A DNA stretch of 17,455 bases from Colwellia polaris (GCA_047617785.1 JBLGBK010000013.1:1-17455), one strand, 5' to 3'. Counted from the first letter of the stretch, positions 1 to 8,118 are shown. Notes: generated from the sequence alone by a model not told the origin. Program-made: numbers and translations.

Positions 1-7
1 CACTCAA

Positions 8-35
8 AACTCCTTAAAAAATTTGTCAAGGAGTT
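8..35. promoter_or_regulatory. Imperfect palindrome (AACTCCTT-N12-AAGGAGTT) enclosing the probable TATA element of tRNA-Ile
   Basis: Perfect 8-bp inverted repeat at 8-15 and 28-35, with an AT-rich TTAAAAAA run at 14-21 about 30 bp upstream of the tRNA 5' end. Confidence 0.45.
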
Positions 36-50
36 AACCTATACATGCAA

Positions 51-125
51 GGACCGGTGGCTTAGCCAGGTTATAGCGCCACGCTGATAACGTGGAGGTC
101 CCCAGTTCAAATCTGGGCCGGTCCA
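51..125 (+). tRNA. tRNA-Ile (anticodon GAT), no intron, CCA not encoded
   Basis: Cloverleaf folded by eye: acceptor GGACCGG/CCGGTCC, anticodon stem CCACG/CGTGG with loop CT-GAT-AA (anticodon 86-88), T-arm CCCAG-TTCAAAT-CTGGG, discriminator A125. Confidence 0.97.
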
Positions 126-160
126 CTTTCTATATCAATCAGCTTTTCGAATTTTACTGT

Positions 161-367
161 ATGCATTGGATTCAGAAGAAGTTGATGCGTTATCATCACG
201 GTTATTTCATGGTTGCGGGTCTTGGAATTTTTCTGCTAGGGTTTATTCTTCAGACAGTTTTCAGTCAGGAGGTTTTGAAGTTAAGTTCTTTTCAGGTTTT
301 GACTGTTGTTGGAGCTCTTGTTCTTGGTTGGGGCACGGGCAGATGTGATCAGAAGTGTTCAATGTAG
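161..367 (+). CDS. Small hypothetical membrane protein (68 aa, 2 TM)
   Basis: ATG at 161 is in frame with the 92..367 ORF, whose 5' part overlaps the tRNA. Two hydrophobic segments: FMVAGLGIFLLGFILQTVF and FQVLTVVGALVLGWG. A T-rich tract follows. Confidence 0.6.
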   Translation: MHWIQKKLMRYHHGYFMVAGLGIFLLGFILQTVFSQEVLKLSSFQVLTVVGALVLGWGTGRCDQKCSM

Positions 368-400
368 AGTTGTTTTATCTTATTTTTTAGCTCGATGTCT

Positions 401-420
401 AAGAAGGTAGTTATATAAGT
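401..420 (+). promoter_or_regulatory. BRE/TATA promoter of cdc48
   Basis: Purine-rich AAGAAG followed by TTATATAA (411-418), ending about 27 bp before the ATG at 446. This fits a leaderless or short-leader transcript. Confidence 0.6.
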
Positions 421-445
421 ATATACGCCGTAATAATTTTTAATC

Positions 446-2647
446 ATGTCAATAAAAAAACTTGAAGTTGCAGAAGTGCAGCCAAACGACGCAGGAAAGA
501 AAAAGGCCTTGATTAATTCAGAAGTGATGAGGTCAGCAGGAATTGAAAAAGGAGACCTGGTTACCATCAAAGGCGAAACCAAAACGGTAGCAATCGCCGT
601 ACCTGGATACAGCCAAGACAAAAACACAGAAATCATAAGAATAGACGGAAACACCCGGAGAAACGCCGGAGCAGGCATAGGCGACAAAATAAAAATAGAG
701 AAAGTAGAAGCCAGAGAAGCAGAAAAAGTAACTCTCACACCTAGCTCCAGCTCAATGCGGATCCAAGGTGGAGAAAACTACCTGAAAAGAGCGCTCCAGA
801 AAATGCCGCTGATGCTAGGAGACAAGTTCAGAATAAGACTGATCAGCTCCCCCGTCAACTTCACAGTCACAGACACAAAACCCGATGCACCGGTAGTAGT
901 AACTCCAAGAACAGAGATCAAGCTCTCAGCAGAAGGAGAGGTCCCAAAGAGAAAAGAAAAATCCGATAACAGAGATGTACCGGAAGTAGCATACGAAGAC
1001 ATCGGAGGATTAAACGAAGAGCTCGAACAGGTCAGAGAAATGATCGAGATGCCGCTTCGAAACCCTGAGATCTTCGAAGAACTGGCAATAGAACCTCCAA
1101 AAGGAGTAATACTGCACGGACCACCGGGAACAGGAAAAACACTTATTGCCAAAGCAGTAGCAAACGAAGCAGATGCCAACTTCATATCTGTCTCCGGACC
1201 AGAAATCATGTCCAAATACTACGGAGACAGCGAAGAAGAACTAAGAGATATCTTCGAAGAAGCAGAAGAAGACAGTCCCACAGTAATATTCTTCGACGAA
1301 CTAGACTCTATAGCACCAGGAAGAGAAGACTCCGGAGAAATGGAAAGAAGAATAGTAGCACAACTACTAAGCCTGATGGACGGACTCGAAGCCCGAGAAG
1401 AGGTTATAGTAGTAGGAGCCACAAACCGGATAGACGCAATCGACCCAGCACTAAGAAGAGGAGGAAGATTCGACCGAGAAATCGAAATTGGAGTCCCGGA
1501 CAAAGACGGAAGACACCAGATCCTGCAGATTCACACAAGAGGAATGCCCTACAGCGATGAAATCAACCTGGAGGAACTAGCTGAACGAACACATGGGTTC
1601 GTAGGAGCTGACCTGGAATCACTGACAAAAGAAGCAGCAATGTCCGCAGTCAGAAAGATAAGATCAGATATAGACACGGAAAACGAAGTACCTGCGGAGG
1701 TGCTGGAAAGCCTACAGGTAGAGAAAGACGACTTCGAATACGCATTAGGGATAGTCGAACCAAGTGCCATGAGAGAGTTCTTCGTAGAGATACCTGATGT
1801 CAGCTACGACGATATAGGCGGGCTAGAAGCAACCAAACAGGAGCTAGTAGAAGCTGTCGAGTGGCCTATGAAGTACGGTGAAATGTTCGAGCACATGAAC
1901 GCGAGCTCGCCAAGAGGGATCCTGATGTACGGACCTCCAGGAACAGGAAAAACCTTGATGGCGAAAGCAGTAGCCAATGCCTCCGACTCAAACTTCATCT
2001 CAGTCAAAGGACCGGAACTGATGAACAAGTATGTAGGAGAATCAGAACAAGCCGTAAGAGAAGTATTCGAAAAAGCAAGACAGAATGCTCCAGCGATCAT
2101 CTTCTTCGATGAGATAGACGCAATTGCAAAGGAAAGAAGCAGCGGAAGCACAGACTCCGAAGCCACAGAAAGAGTAGTTTCTCAGTTACTAACTGAGCTT
2201 GACGGAATCGAAGAGCTAGAAGATGTGGTGGTAATCGCAGCATCCAACCGGCCGGATATGATTGATTCAGCAATCCTGAGACCGGGAAGACTTGACAGAA
2301 AAGTCAAAGTACCTGTACCAGATCTAGAGGCAAGACAGGAAATCTTCAGGATACATCTAGAAGACACGCCACTGGAAGATGTAGACATCGATAAGCTGGC
2401 AGAAATCACAGAAGGATTCACAGGAAGCGACATAGAGTCAGTAACCAGAGAAGCCTCAATGCTTGCTATGAGAGACTACATGAAAGACAACAATCCTGAA
2501 GACCTTGAGAAAAACATGGAAGATCTCAAGATAACACAGGAATACCTCGAACAGGCAATCGAAAAAGTAGGACCTTCGCTTGACGAGGAAGATAGAAAGA
2601 GCTACGATGAGATGTCCGAGAAAGTCAATTCAAAGACAGAAGCCTAG
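446..2647 (+). CDS. cdc48: CDC48/VCP/VAT family AAA+ ATPase
   Basis: N-domain ([12 protein letters not shown]) and two AAA modules. Walker A GPPGTGKT occurs twice, Walker B IFFDELD/IFFDEID, arginine-finger regions [10 protein letters not shown] and [10 protein letters not shown]1-D2 linker PSAMRE. Confidence 0.97.
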   Translation: MSIKKLEVAEVQPNDAGKKKALINSEVMRSAGIEKGDLVTIKGETKTVAIAVPGYSQDKNTEIIRIDGNTRRNAGAGIGDKIKIEKVEAREAEKVTLTPSSSSMRIQGGENYLKRALQKMPLMLGDKFRIRLISSPVNFTVTDTKPDAPVVVTPRTEIKLSAEGEVPKRKEKSDNRDVPEVAYEDIGGLNEELEQVREMIEMPLRNPEIFEELAIEPPKGVILHGPPGTGKTLIAKAVANEADANFISVSGPEIMSKYYGDSEEELRDIFEEAEEDSPTVIFFDELDSIAPGREDSGEMERRIVAQLLSLMDGLEAREEVIVVGATNRIDAIDPALRRGGRFDREIEIGVPDKDGRHQILQIHTRGMPYSDEINLEELAERTHGFVGADLESLTKEAAMSAVRKIRSDIDTENEVPAEVLESLQVEKDDFEYALGIVEPSAMREFFVEIPDVSYDDIGGLEATKQELVEAVEWPMKYGEMFEHMNASSPRGILMYGPPGTGKTLMAKAVANASDSNFISVKGPELMNKYVGESEQAVREVFEKARQNAPAIIFFDEIDAIAKERSSGSTDSEATERVVSQLLTELDGIEELEDVVVIAASNRPDMIDSAILRPGRLDRKVKVPVPDLEARQEIFRIHLEDTPLEDVDIDKLAEITEGFTGSDIESVTREASMLAMRDYMKDNNPEDLEKNMEDLKITQEYLEQAIEKVGPSLDEEDRKSYDEMSEKVNSKTEA

Positions 2648-2659
2648 ATGTAGAAATTC

Positions 2660-2686
2660 GTCTTTTTCTTTCTTCTTTTTTCCTTT
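2660..2686 (+). terminator. Oligo-T terminator after cdc48
   Basis: TCTTTTTCTTTCTTCTTTTTTCCTTT tract directly after the cdc48 stop, between convergent genes. Confidence 0.55.
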
Positions 2687-2694
2687 ACCGCTAT

Positions 2695-3336
2695 CTATTC
2701 GCGCCTTATTGTTTGGTATAGCTGTCCGGGCGTGTATATTTCTGGACTGTGCTCCATTGCGAAGTCGTTTTGATCTATGAAATCTCCGTCATATGTTACT
2801 ATAACTGCATCTCGTTCTAAAGCCGCTGCTGTTATCCCTGCATCCTCTGGATAGTCGCTCGTAGGTATTGGATCTACGTCTACTGATTCTCCATATTCGT
2901 TGAGGAACCTATGAACTGATTCGTTGGTCTCACTTTCAGTTCTCGCAAATGTTGACGGATAGAAAATACCTCGGTTCTGTGTAACGGCTTCTTCTAGCAG
3001 AGATATTGTTTCTTCTAGTGGTTCATTTATGTCAACGCGTCTATAATTTTTGCCGTCTCCTCCTTTAACATGTGCATTTTCTTCTGATTTAACGGGTAGG
3101 TATGCAGTGGTCGCTCTATCAGCGCCTTGTGCTAGATCAATGATGACGTTTTCGTCTAGAAATATATTTTCCCGTATTGGAGGTCTGTAATTCTTTACGA
3201 GTTTCTGGTTAAAATCTTTTGTTCTTCTTGTATCCTTTGTTATTAGGTTTTCGAGTTCTTGACCGGGGTTTTTGATTTCTTCTGAATTACTGTTCTCAAG
3301 GAAGCGAGACTTTAGTCTCTCTAAAGGGCCTTGCAT
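2695..3336 (-). CDS. PIN-domain (VapC-like) putative RNase with N-terminal extension
   Basis: PIN acidic motifs IFLDENVIIDL, EDAGITAAALE, VIVTYDGDF and the IYTP tail. Start placed at 3336 (MQGPLERL) rather than 3351 because the minus-strand TATA-like ATATTAAAAA at 3369-3360 fits that spacing. Confidence 0.75.
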   Translation of the reverse strand: MQGPLERLKSRFLENSNSEEIKNPGQELENLITKDTRRTKDFNQKLVKNYRPPIRENIFLDENVIIDLAQGADRATTAYLPVKSEENAHVKGGDGKNYRRVDINEPLEETISLLEEAVTQNRGIFYPSTFARTESETNESVHRFLNEYGESVDVDPIPTSDYPEDAGITAAALERDAVIVTYDGDFIDQNDFAMEHSPEIYTPGQLYQTIRRE

Positions 3337-3423
3337 AGAGAAGACAAACATAGATTTAGTTTTTAATATGTGACGGTGACAACAATCTGGCTACTGAAGT
3401 AGAGTAAATAAAAAAGAGAAATA

Positions 3424-3675
3424 TTATCCGTAGTGTTCTTCTAGGTAGTCGACGATATCGTCGCTTTCCGGCATTGTTGTATCGGTGTTTGAGTCAACGA
3501 TTACAGGTACGCCGGTTTGTCCTGAAACTTCTTCTACTCTTTCTCTATCTCCACTTGGATCTACCTGTCGTGCGATGAAGTCGATTTGCAGTTCTGTAAG
3601 TTTTTCGCGGACTTTCTTGCAGTAAGGGCATTGTTCGAACTGGTATAGTTCGATTAGTTCGTCTGGCTGTGACAT
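3424..3675 (-). CDS. Glutaredoxin / GST-N-terminal-like thioredoxin-fold protein
   Basis: ELYQFEQCPYCKKVR active site, cis-Pro motif SGQTGVPV, MPESDDIVDYL tail, and a GAGG RBS upstream. Confidence 0.9.
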   Translation of the reverse strand: MSQPDELIELYQFEQCPYCKKVREKLTELQIDFIARQVDPSGDRERVEEVSGQTGVPVIVDSNTDTTMPESDDIVDYLEEHYG

Positions 3676-3736
3676 TAGTTGTTTACCTCTCTAGTACTGT
3701 AAAAGAAGTTCGAGGTTTTTAATGAGGAAAGGTTAC

Positions 3737-4168
3737 CTACAGGTTTTCAGCAACCTCTTCAAGCAACTCCCGCTGGTTGTCGTACGTTAGAAGCGCTTTA
3801 GCGTCTGTTAGGTCGAAGAAGTATCCGCCTTCATGTTCATCATGAGGGTTGTTCGTGGTGTCTACTATCGCGTCTTCATTTACTTTGACTATATAGCAGC
3901 TGTATTCTCTTTTGATCTCATCACCGTCTCTTTCAAAGGTCCATTCCATAACTTGTTCAAGGCTTTCCAGAGACTCAATGCTCTCTTCCGAGATACCTGC
4001 CTCTTCCTCTAGCTCTAGCTCGACGGTCTCTCTGTGGTCGTCGTTCTCTAGGTGACCTTTCGGTAGCTCCCATCCATCCCAGTTCTTGGTTCTTTGCAGA
4101 ACGAGGAAGCGTTTGTTCCTATTTGATTCTTTGTACGCTACTATTGTGACGCCTTTTTCTGTTTTCAC
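3737..4168 (-). CDS. Nudix hydrolase (Ap4A hydrolase-like)
   Basis: FLVLQR..WELPKGHLE..ETVELELEEEAGI Nudix box, EH motif, GTG start with a GGAGG RBS. Confidence 0.88.
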   Translation of the reverse strand: MKTEKGVTIVAYKESNRNKRFLVLQRTKNWDGWELPKGHLENDDHRETVELELEEEAGISEESIESLESLEQVMEWTFERDGDEIKREYSCYIVKVNEDAIVDTTNNPHDEHEGGYFFDLTDAKALLTYDNQRELLEEVAENL

Positions 4169-4262
4169 TCTGGGTTAGCCTCCGCTTTATTCCACATTTT
4201 ACACCGAGTTATGAAATGATTTTTATATGTACGCTTCTTTTTTATCATTGACTGGTGTCAAA

Positions 4263-4898
4263 ATGGTTCAAATGATGAGTAAATTGAGACAGTTTCTCAG
4301 CGACCTGTTCAAGGATTCTGAGCAGGATGATATAAGCATAGGTATCTATGGTCCTCCAAACGCCGGTAAATCAACTCTAGCCAACAAGATCTCAATGGAT
4401 CTGACAGGCGAAGAAATGAGCAACATTTCAGAAGTGCCGCACGAAACAAGGGCTGTAGAGAAAAAAGAGAGAGCAACGCTGGAAGCAAACGGAAGAGAAA
4501 TCCAGATGAATCTGTTAGATATGCCAGGAATTTCTACAAACGTCGACTTCAAAGACTTCACAGAACACGGTCTAGAAGAAGAAGACGCGAAGGGACGAGC
4601 AAAAGAAGCAACAAAAGGAATTGTAGAAGCAATCAAATACTTAGACGATGTAGACGCATGTCTAGTTATCTTCGACTCCACAGAAGACCCTTACACACAA
4701 GTAAACGTAACAATAATCGGAAACCTAGAAGCCAAAGATATCCCAATCCTTGTACTGGCTAACAAGACTGATCTAGAGGATGCAGAACCAGATCGTGTCC
4801 GAGATGCCTTCCCTCAGCATCCGGTACTTGAAATTTCCGCGAAAGAGGGAGAAAACATCGACAAACTTTATGAGGAAATAGTTGAAAGGTTAACTTAA
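4263..4898 (+). CDS. arvA: Archaeal Era-like small GTPase ArvA/OapA
   Basis: G1 IGIYGPPNAGKST, G2 PHETR, G3 DMPG, G4 ANKTD, G5 ISAKEG, family signature RAKEATKGIVEAIKYL..DPYTQVN, and an N-terminal amphipathic helix. Start at 4263 is preceded by GGTG; 4272 and 4275 are alternatives. Confidence 0.9.
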   Translation: MVQMMSKLRQFLSDLFKDSEQDDISIGIYGPPNAGKSTLANKISMDLTGEEMSNISEVPHETRAVEKKERATLEANGREIQMNLLDMPGISTNVDFKDFTEHGLEEEDAKGRAKEATKGIVEAIKYLDDVDACLVIFDSTEDPYTQVNVTIIGNLEAKDIPILVLANKTDLEDAEPDRVRDAFPQHPVLEISAKEGENIDKLYEEIVERLT

Positions 4899-5287
4899 TG
4901 ACGGATGAAGGAGTTACCATCGAATTTCTCTCGAAAGAGAAGCTTAGCGAGAAAGAATTTGACGACAAGCTAGACCTAGTACTGGAAAAAGTCAAAGACA
5001 ACTCTGTGCTCGTATTAGAAGAAGGATGGACTCCAGATGAAAAACGAGAACTAATCAAATCCTCCATGGAAAACATTGACGATGACTTCCCTGGAATTGA
5101 ATTTCTAGGTCTTACCTCCAATAATTCACGCCTTGAACGCGCCCGTAACATTTTCTACGAAAAATTCCTTAACGAGAAATACCGTCGCGGATTAACAATA
5201 GTCGGTAACGCAAGAGTGATGGAGAAAATCAAGGAAGAAAAGGATACTGTCTCATTCCTTGCACGAATGGATGAGCAAAGTAATTAA
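4898..5287 (+). CDS. arvB: DUF2073 family protein ArvB/OapB
   Basis: Motifs VLVLEEGWTPDEKRELI..M..I.DDFPGIE and GLTIVGNA. Translationally coupled to arvA by a TAATG overlap at 4896-4900. Confidence 0.85.
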   Translation: MTDEGVTIEFLSKEKLSEKEFDDKLDLVLEKVKDNSVLVLEEGWTPDEKRELIKSSMENIDDDFPGIEFLGLTSNNSRLERARNIFYEKFLNEKYRRGLTIVGNARVMEKIKEEKDTVSFLARMDEQSN

Positions 5288-5299
5288 GGTGAAAAATCA

Positions 5300-5683
5300 G
5301 TGCCTCACAGATGCATGAACTGCGGTAAGACATATGATGATGACTCTGAAGAACTTCTAAACGGCTGTGAATGTGGTTCATCACTTTTCATGTACGAAAA
5401 CGAGATCGAACGCGATCAAGAAGAACTTCAGGAAGAGAAGGAAGAAGTCGAAGAAGATATCCGTGAAATGGTTGGAAGCGGTGAAAAAGAACGAGGTAAC
5501 ATCAAAATAGAATTTGATCTTGACTCTATCAAGGTCCGTGAAGAAGGCGTCTATGATATCAACGTCTCACGTCTGCTCGAAGAACTACCGCTCGTAATCG
5601 AGAAAAGCGAAGGAGTATACAGAATCCACTTGCCTTCGGCCTTCAAGAAGGAATCTCGCCAAGTTGATATTGGTGAATTATAG
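5300..5683 (+). CDS. arvC: DUF2072 Zn-ribbon protein ArvC/OapC
   Basis: MPHRCMNCG..LLNGCECGS.LFMY N-terminal Zn ribbon, C-terminal SIKVREEGVYDIN..EGVYRI, GTG start with a GGTGA RBS at 5288-5292. Confidence 0.87.
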   Translation: MPHRCMNCGKTYDDDSEELLNGCECGSSLFMYENEIERDQEELQEEKEEVEEDIREMVGSGEKERGNIKIEFDLDSIKVREEGVYDINVSRLLEELPLVIEKSEGVYRIHLPSAFKKESRQVDIGEL

Positions 5684-5762
5684 TCGTTCTTTCTGCTTAA
5701 TTGGGTAATGTTTAAAACGCGCCGGACCTCTTGATTGTATTATAAAGGTGCTTTAAACAAGA

Positions 5763-6068
5763 ATGGCTGACAAATACGCAGATAGAGAAAAAGATATTTT
5801 CGGACTACCTAAACTTGATAGCGATGCAGAACTAGGGATTTCATTCACCTTGATGATCCTCGGTGTACTTGTACTTTACTCTACGTTCTATACGGCTGGA
5901 CTAGGCTCTAATCCTGCAGTACTCCTTGGATTTATGCTTGTAGCAACAGGATACCTGTTCGTACTTGAGAGTGTGCGTGAACTGGAGCAGAAAGATCACT
6001 TCCTTTCCCGAAAGTTAATGACTGGGAGAGAAGACAATTCTGCAGAGTCCGAAGACGAAGAAGGATAA
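5763..6068 (+). CDS. Hypothetical membrane protein (2 TM, acidic tail)
   Basis: Two hydrophobic helices (LGISFTLMILGVLVLYSTFY; AVLLGFMLVATGYLFVL), a charged helix, an acidic C-terminus and a T-tract after the stop. Confidence 0.8.
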   Translation: MADKYADREKDIFGLPKLDSDAELGISFTLMILGVLVLYSTFYTAGLGSNPAVLLGFMLVATGYLFVLESVRELEQKDHFLSRKLMTGREDNSAESEDEEG

Positions 6069-6155
6069 ATTTTTCTTTATTCTTTCATCTACATATTTTC
6101 TTTGATTTTATTATCGGGTAGAATTAAAACTCTTTATCATTAACAAGTAATTATT

Positions 6156-6431
6156 ATGTCAAGTAAGGAACTCGACCTTGAGTTCGATTTCTCAAATGAT
6201 GAATTAGCTAACTTCCTTGATAATTTCGCCGATAAGATTAGAGAAGGCGAGGTAGGTCTAAGTTTCAAAGGAAGAGAAGAGATAAACATTGAACCTACAC
6301 GAGACAGTGAACTATCACTTGATTTCGAAGAGGAAGAATCTTACAGAGAGCTTGAAATAAAAATCAAGCTTAGAGAAGAAATTGAGACATCGGAAGAAGG
6401 TAGAAGAAAGATAGAAGTACAGATAGTCTAA
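6156..6431 (+). CDS. Amphi-Trp-domain-like protein
   Basis: Pattern ELANFLDNFADKIREGEV.L....I.IEP....L.LDFEEE....ELEIKIK matches the amphi-Trp layout as recalled, but there is no terminal Trp. Confidence 0.7.
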   Translation: MSSKELDLEFDFSNDELANFLDNFADKIREGEVGLSFKGREEINIEPTRDSELSLDFEEEESYRELEIKIKLREEIETSEEGRRKIEVQIV

Positions 6432-6485
6432 AGAGTGCTCTCTATCAATTAAATCTCTTTTTCTTAACTATTCTCTTAGTTTTCA

Positions 6486-6845
6486 CTAATTTCCGAAACT
6501 TTCCAATACCTCAATCATACGAGCATTCTGGTCAATAATCTTATCTAGGCGCTCCTCCAAACTGGATAGATCTGCAGAAACCTGTTCAGAACTTGGCTCA
6601 GATCTTCCTTCCTGCTGATGAGAACTTCTATCCTGAACCTGCTTCTGGGAACGCTGCTTCTTTTTCTGCTTATTCTTAGGAGATTCGCGGCTTAAACCAC
6701 CCTCCTCAAGAACTTCTATAGGCGTATCGTCGCCACCTTCGCTGTTTGATTCATCTTGAGCAGCTTCTTTCAGTGTGTCGAAGTTTCCTCCTCCACTGCT
6801 GCTTCCCGAACTTTTTGAGTTATTATTTTTCACGTTATCCTTCAC
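6486..6845 (-). CDS. Hypothetical low-complexity protein with C-terminal coiled coil
   Basis: S/G/E/Q/K-rich disordered body ending in DLSSLEERLDKIIDQNARMIEVLESF. GTG start 4 bp after the upstream gene's stop. Confidence 0.75.
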   Translation of the reverse strand: MKDNVKNNNSKSSGSSSGGGNFDTLKEAAQDESNSEGGDDTPIEVLEEGGLSRESPKNKQKKKQRSQKQVQDRSSHQQEGRSEPSSEQVSADLSSLEERLDKIIDQNARMIEVLESFGN

Positions 6846-6849
6846 GTTG

Positions 6850-7161
6850 TCATAGTAGCTCAGTTGGATCGCCTCCTACATCATTATCCTTTGTTTCTGT
6901 TTCTCCACTGTTTTTGATATCCTGCAGAAGCGAAATAATCTGCTCGTTCTGCCTTTTAATCTCTTTAAGGTCGACGTCACCGGAACTACCTGTTCTTGTC
7001 GAAGAACTGGAGCTGCTTGAAGAACTTGTCTCCTCAACAGAGCCCAGACGTGTTTCAACTTCATTATGAAGATTAGTGTTATCTCCAGAGTCGCTGGAAT
7101 CTTCATCAGGTGTTCTCAGTGAAACCTCCTCAGTCTCTTCATCAGAGCTATCAAATAACAT
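6850..7161 (-). CDS. Hypothetical acidic low-complexity protein with short coiled coil
   Basis: D/E/S-rich with a poly-Ser run, then VDLKEIKRQNEQIISLLQDIK. Acidic composition typical of the real genes here. Confidence 0.75.
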   Translation of the reverse strand: MLFDSSDEETEEVSLRTPDEDSSDSGDNTNLHNEVETRLGSVEETSSSSSSSSSTRTGSSGDVDLKEIKRQNEQIISLLQDIKNSGETETKDNDVGGDPTELL

Positions 7162-7230
7162 AACTAGTAAAGTAGAATTCGCTCAAATAAAAAAGCTTGA
7201 CCGTCCACAACACAATATACAGGAAAAAAC

Positions 7231-7710
7231 ATGAAGATAGAAATAACTCCTACACAGCAACCAGAAAAACTCCGTGACAACCTGGAAAAAACAGCTGACC
7301 GCATAGAACTCGGGGAAGACAAGATAAAAGTAGAAGTAGAGAAGGAAGAAACAGTCGCAAAAACACCGGGAATAGAAAAATACACGGTTGAAGGAGAAGA
7401 AAAACAAGGTCTGAAAGGCCGACCTGTACAAGAAAAAGCATACGCCGAACTAGAAACACGAGAAGACGCAGTCAAAGCACTTTTAGCAACCATCAACGGA
7501 TACAACCTCGTAATCCTGAACTCCGGAAGAGACTGGGACTTAAGACAGCTCAGAAAATACAACCCGGCAATCATCGAACTCAAAAACAACGAACCGAAGG
7601 AAGAACTCGGAATCGAAAAAGCCCTGTTCGAATCTGAAAACACCGAAAAAGTCGAAGTACCGATGGAAGAAGTAGAAATACCTGTAGTTTACAGAGAAAT
7701 GATGACATAG
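7231..7710 (+). CDS. Hypothetical protein, possibly a minimal and degenerate ThiI-related protein
   Basis: Host-like A-rich codons support coding status. LRDNL..KIKVE..VAKTPGIEKY resembles the ThiI N-terminal ferredoxin-like domain, and GLKGRPV..KAYAELETREDAVKALL...GYNLV resembles the GGLPVG/PP-loop region. The family call is tentative. Confidence 0.7.
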   Translation: MKIEITPTQQPEKLRDNLEKTADRIELGEDKIKVEVEKEETVAKTPGIEKYTVEGEEKQGLKGRPVQEKAYAELETREDAVKALLATINGYNLVILNSGRDWDLRQLRKYNPAIIELKNNEPKEELGIEKALFESENTEKVEVPMEEVEIPVVYREMMT

Positions 7711-7791
7711 AAAAAAAGGACTTAAAATACTACCTAACCTAATACATACCTGTACTGCAAATAATATCGGAAGGGTGTACAACACTTAATC

Positions 7792-8097
7792 ATGGAGAAA
7801 GACATTGACTTCGAAAGAGTAGAATACTCAACCAACAGAAAACTGGAGAACGACGAAGGAGAGAAAACCGGCAAAGTTCAGATGTTCTCCTACGATACAG
7901 AATTATACCACTACGACATCGAATGTCCATACTGCGGCAACCACTGGGAAGGGGAACAAGAACTAGGTTCTCGACCATGGTGGATTGAATGCCCGGAATG
8001 CACAAGAAGCGTCAATGTCAACCGCATCAAAGACGCAATGGATCGCAAAGTCAAAGAACGCGGACCAGACACGCCTGACGACATGCCAGAAGCATAA
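7792..8097 (+). CDS. Zn-ribbon (C4) hypothetical protein
   Basis: CPYC and CPEC knuckles, host-like codon use, and an oligo-T tract at 8104-8118. Confidence 0.85.
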   Translation: MEKDIDFERVEYSTNRKLENDEGEKTGKVQMFSYDTELYHYDIECPYCGNHWEGEQELGSRPWWIECPECTRSVNVNRIKDAMDRKVKERGPDTPDDMPEA

Positions 8098-8118
8098 AGC
8101 CAGTTTTTTATTCTTTTT

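Noticed and set aside
92-160. N-terminal extension of the 92..367 ORF
   Set aside because: It overlaps tRNA-Ile. The plausible start is ATG 161.
349-2433. Series of minus-strand ORFs antisense to cdc48
   Set aside because: Ser/Phe/Leu-rich shadow frames caused by the codon bias of the real gene, with no motifs.
4169-4262. Possible replication origin upstream of arvA/oapA, as in Haloferax
   Set aside because: The spacer is under 100 bp. Only a partial TTCCAC is present, with no repeated ORB or G-string and no cdc6 in the window.
6985-7035. Poly-Ser-encoding stretch as a tandem DNA repeat
   Set aside because: Mixed Ser codons show it is protein-level low complexity, not a DNA repeat.
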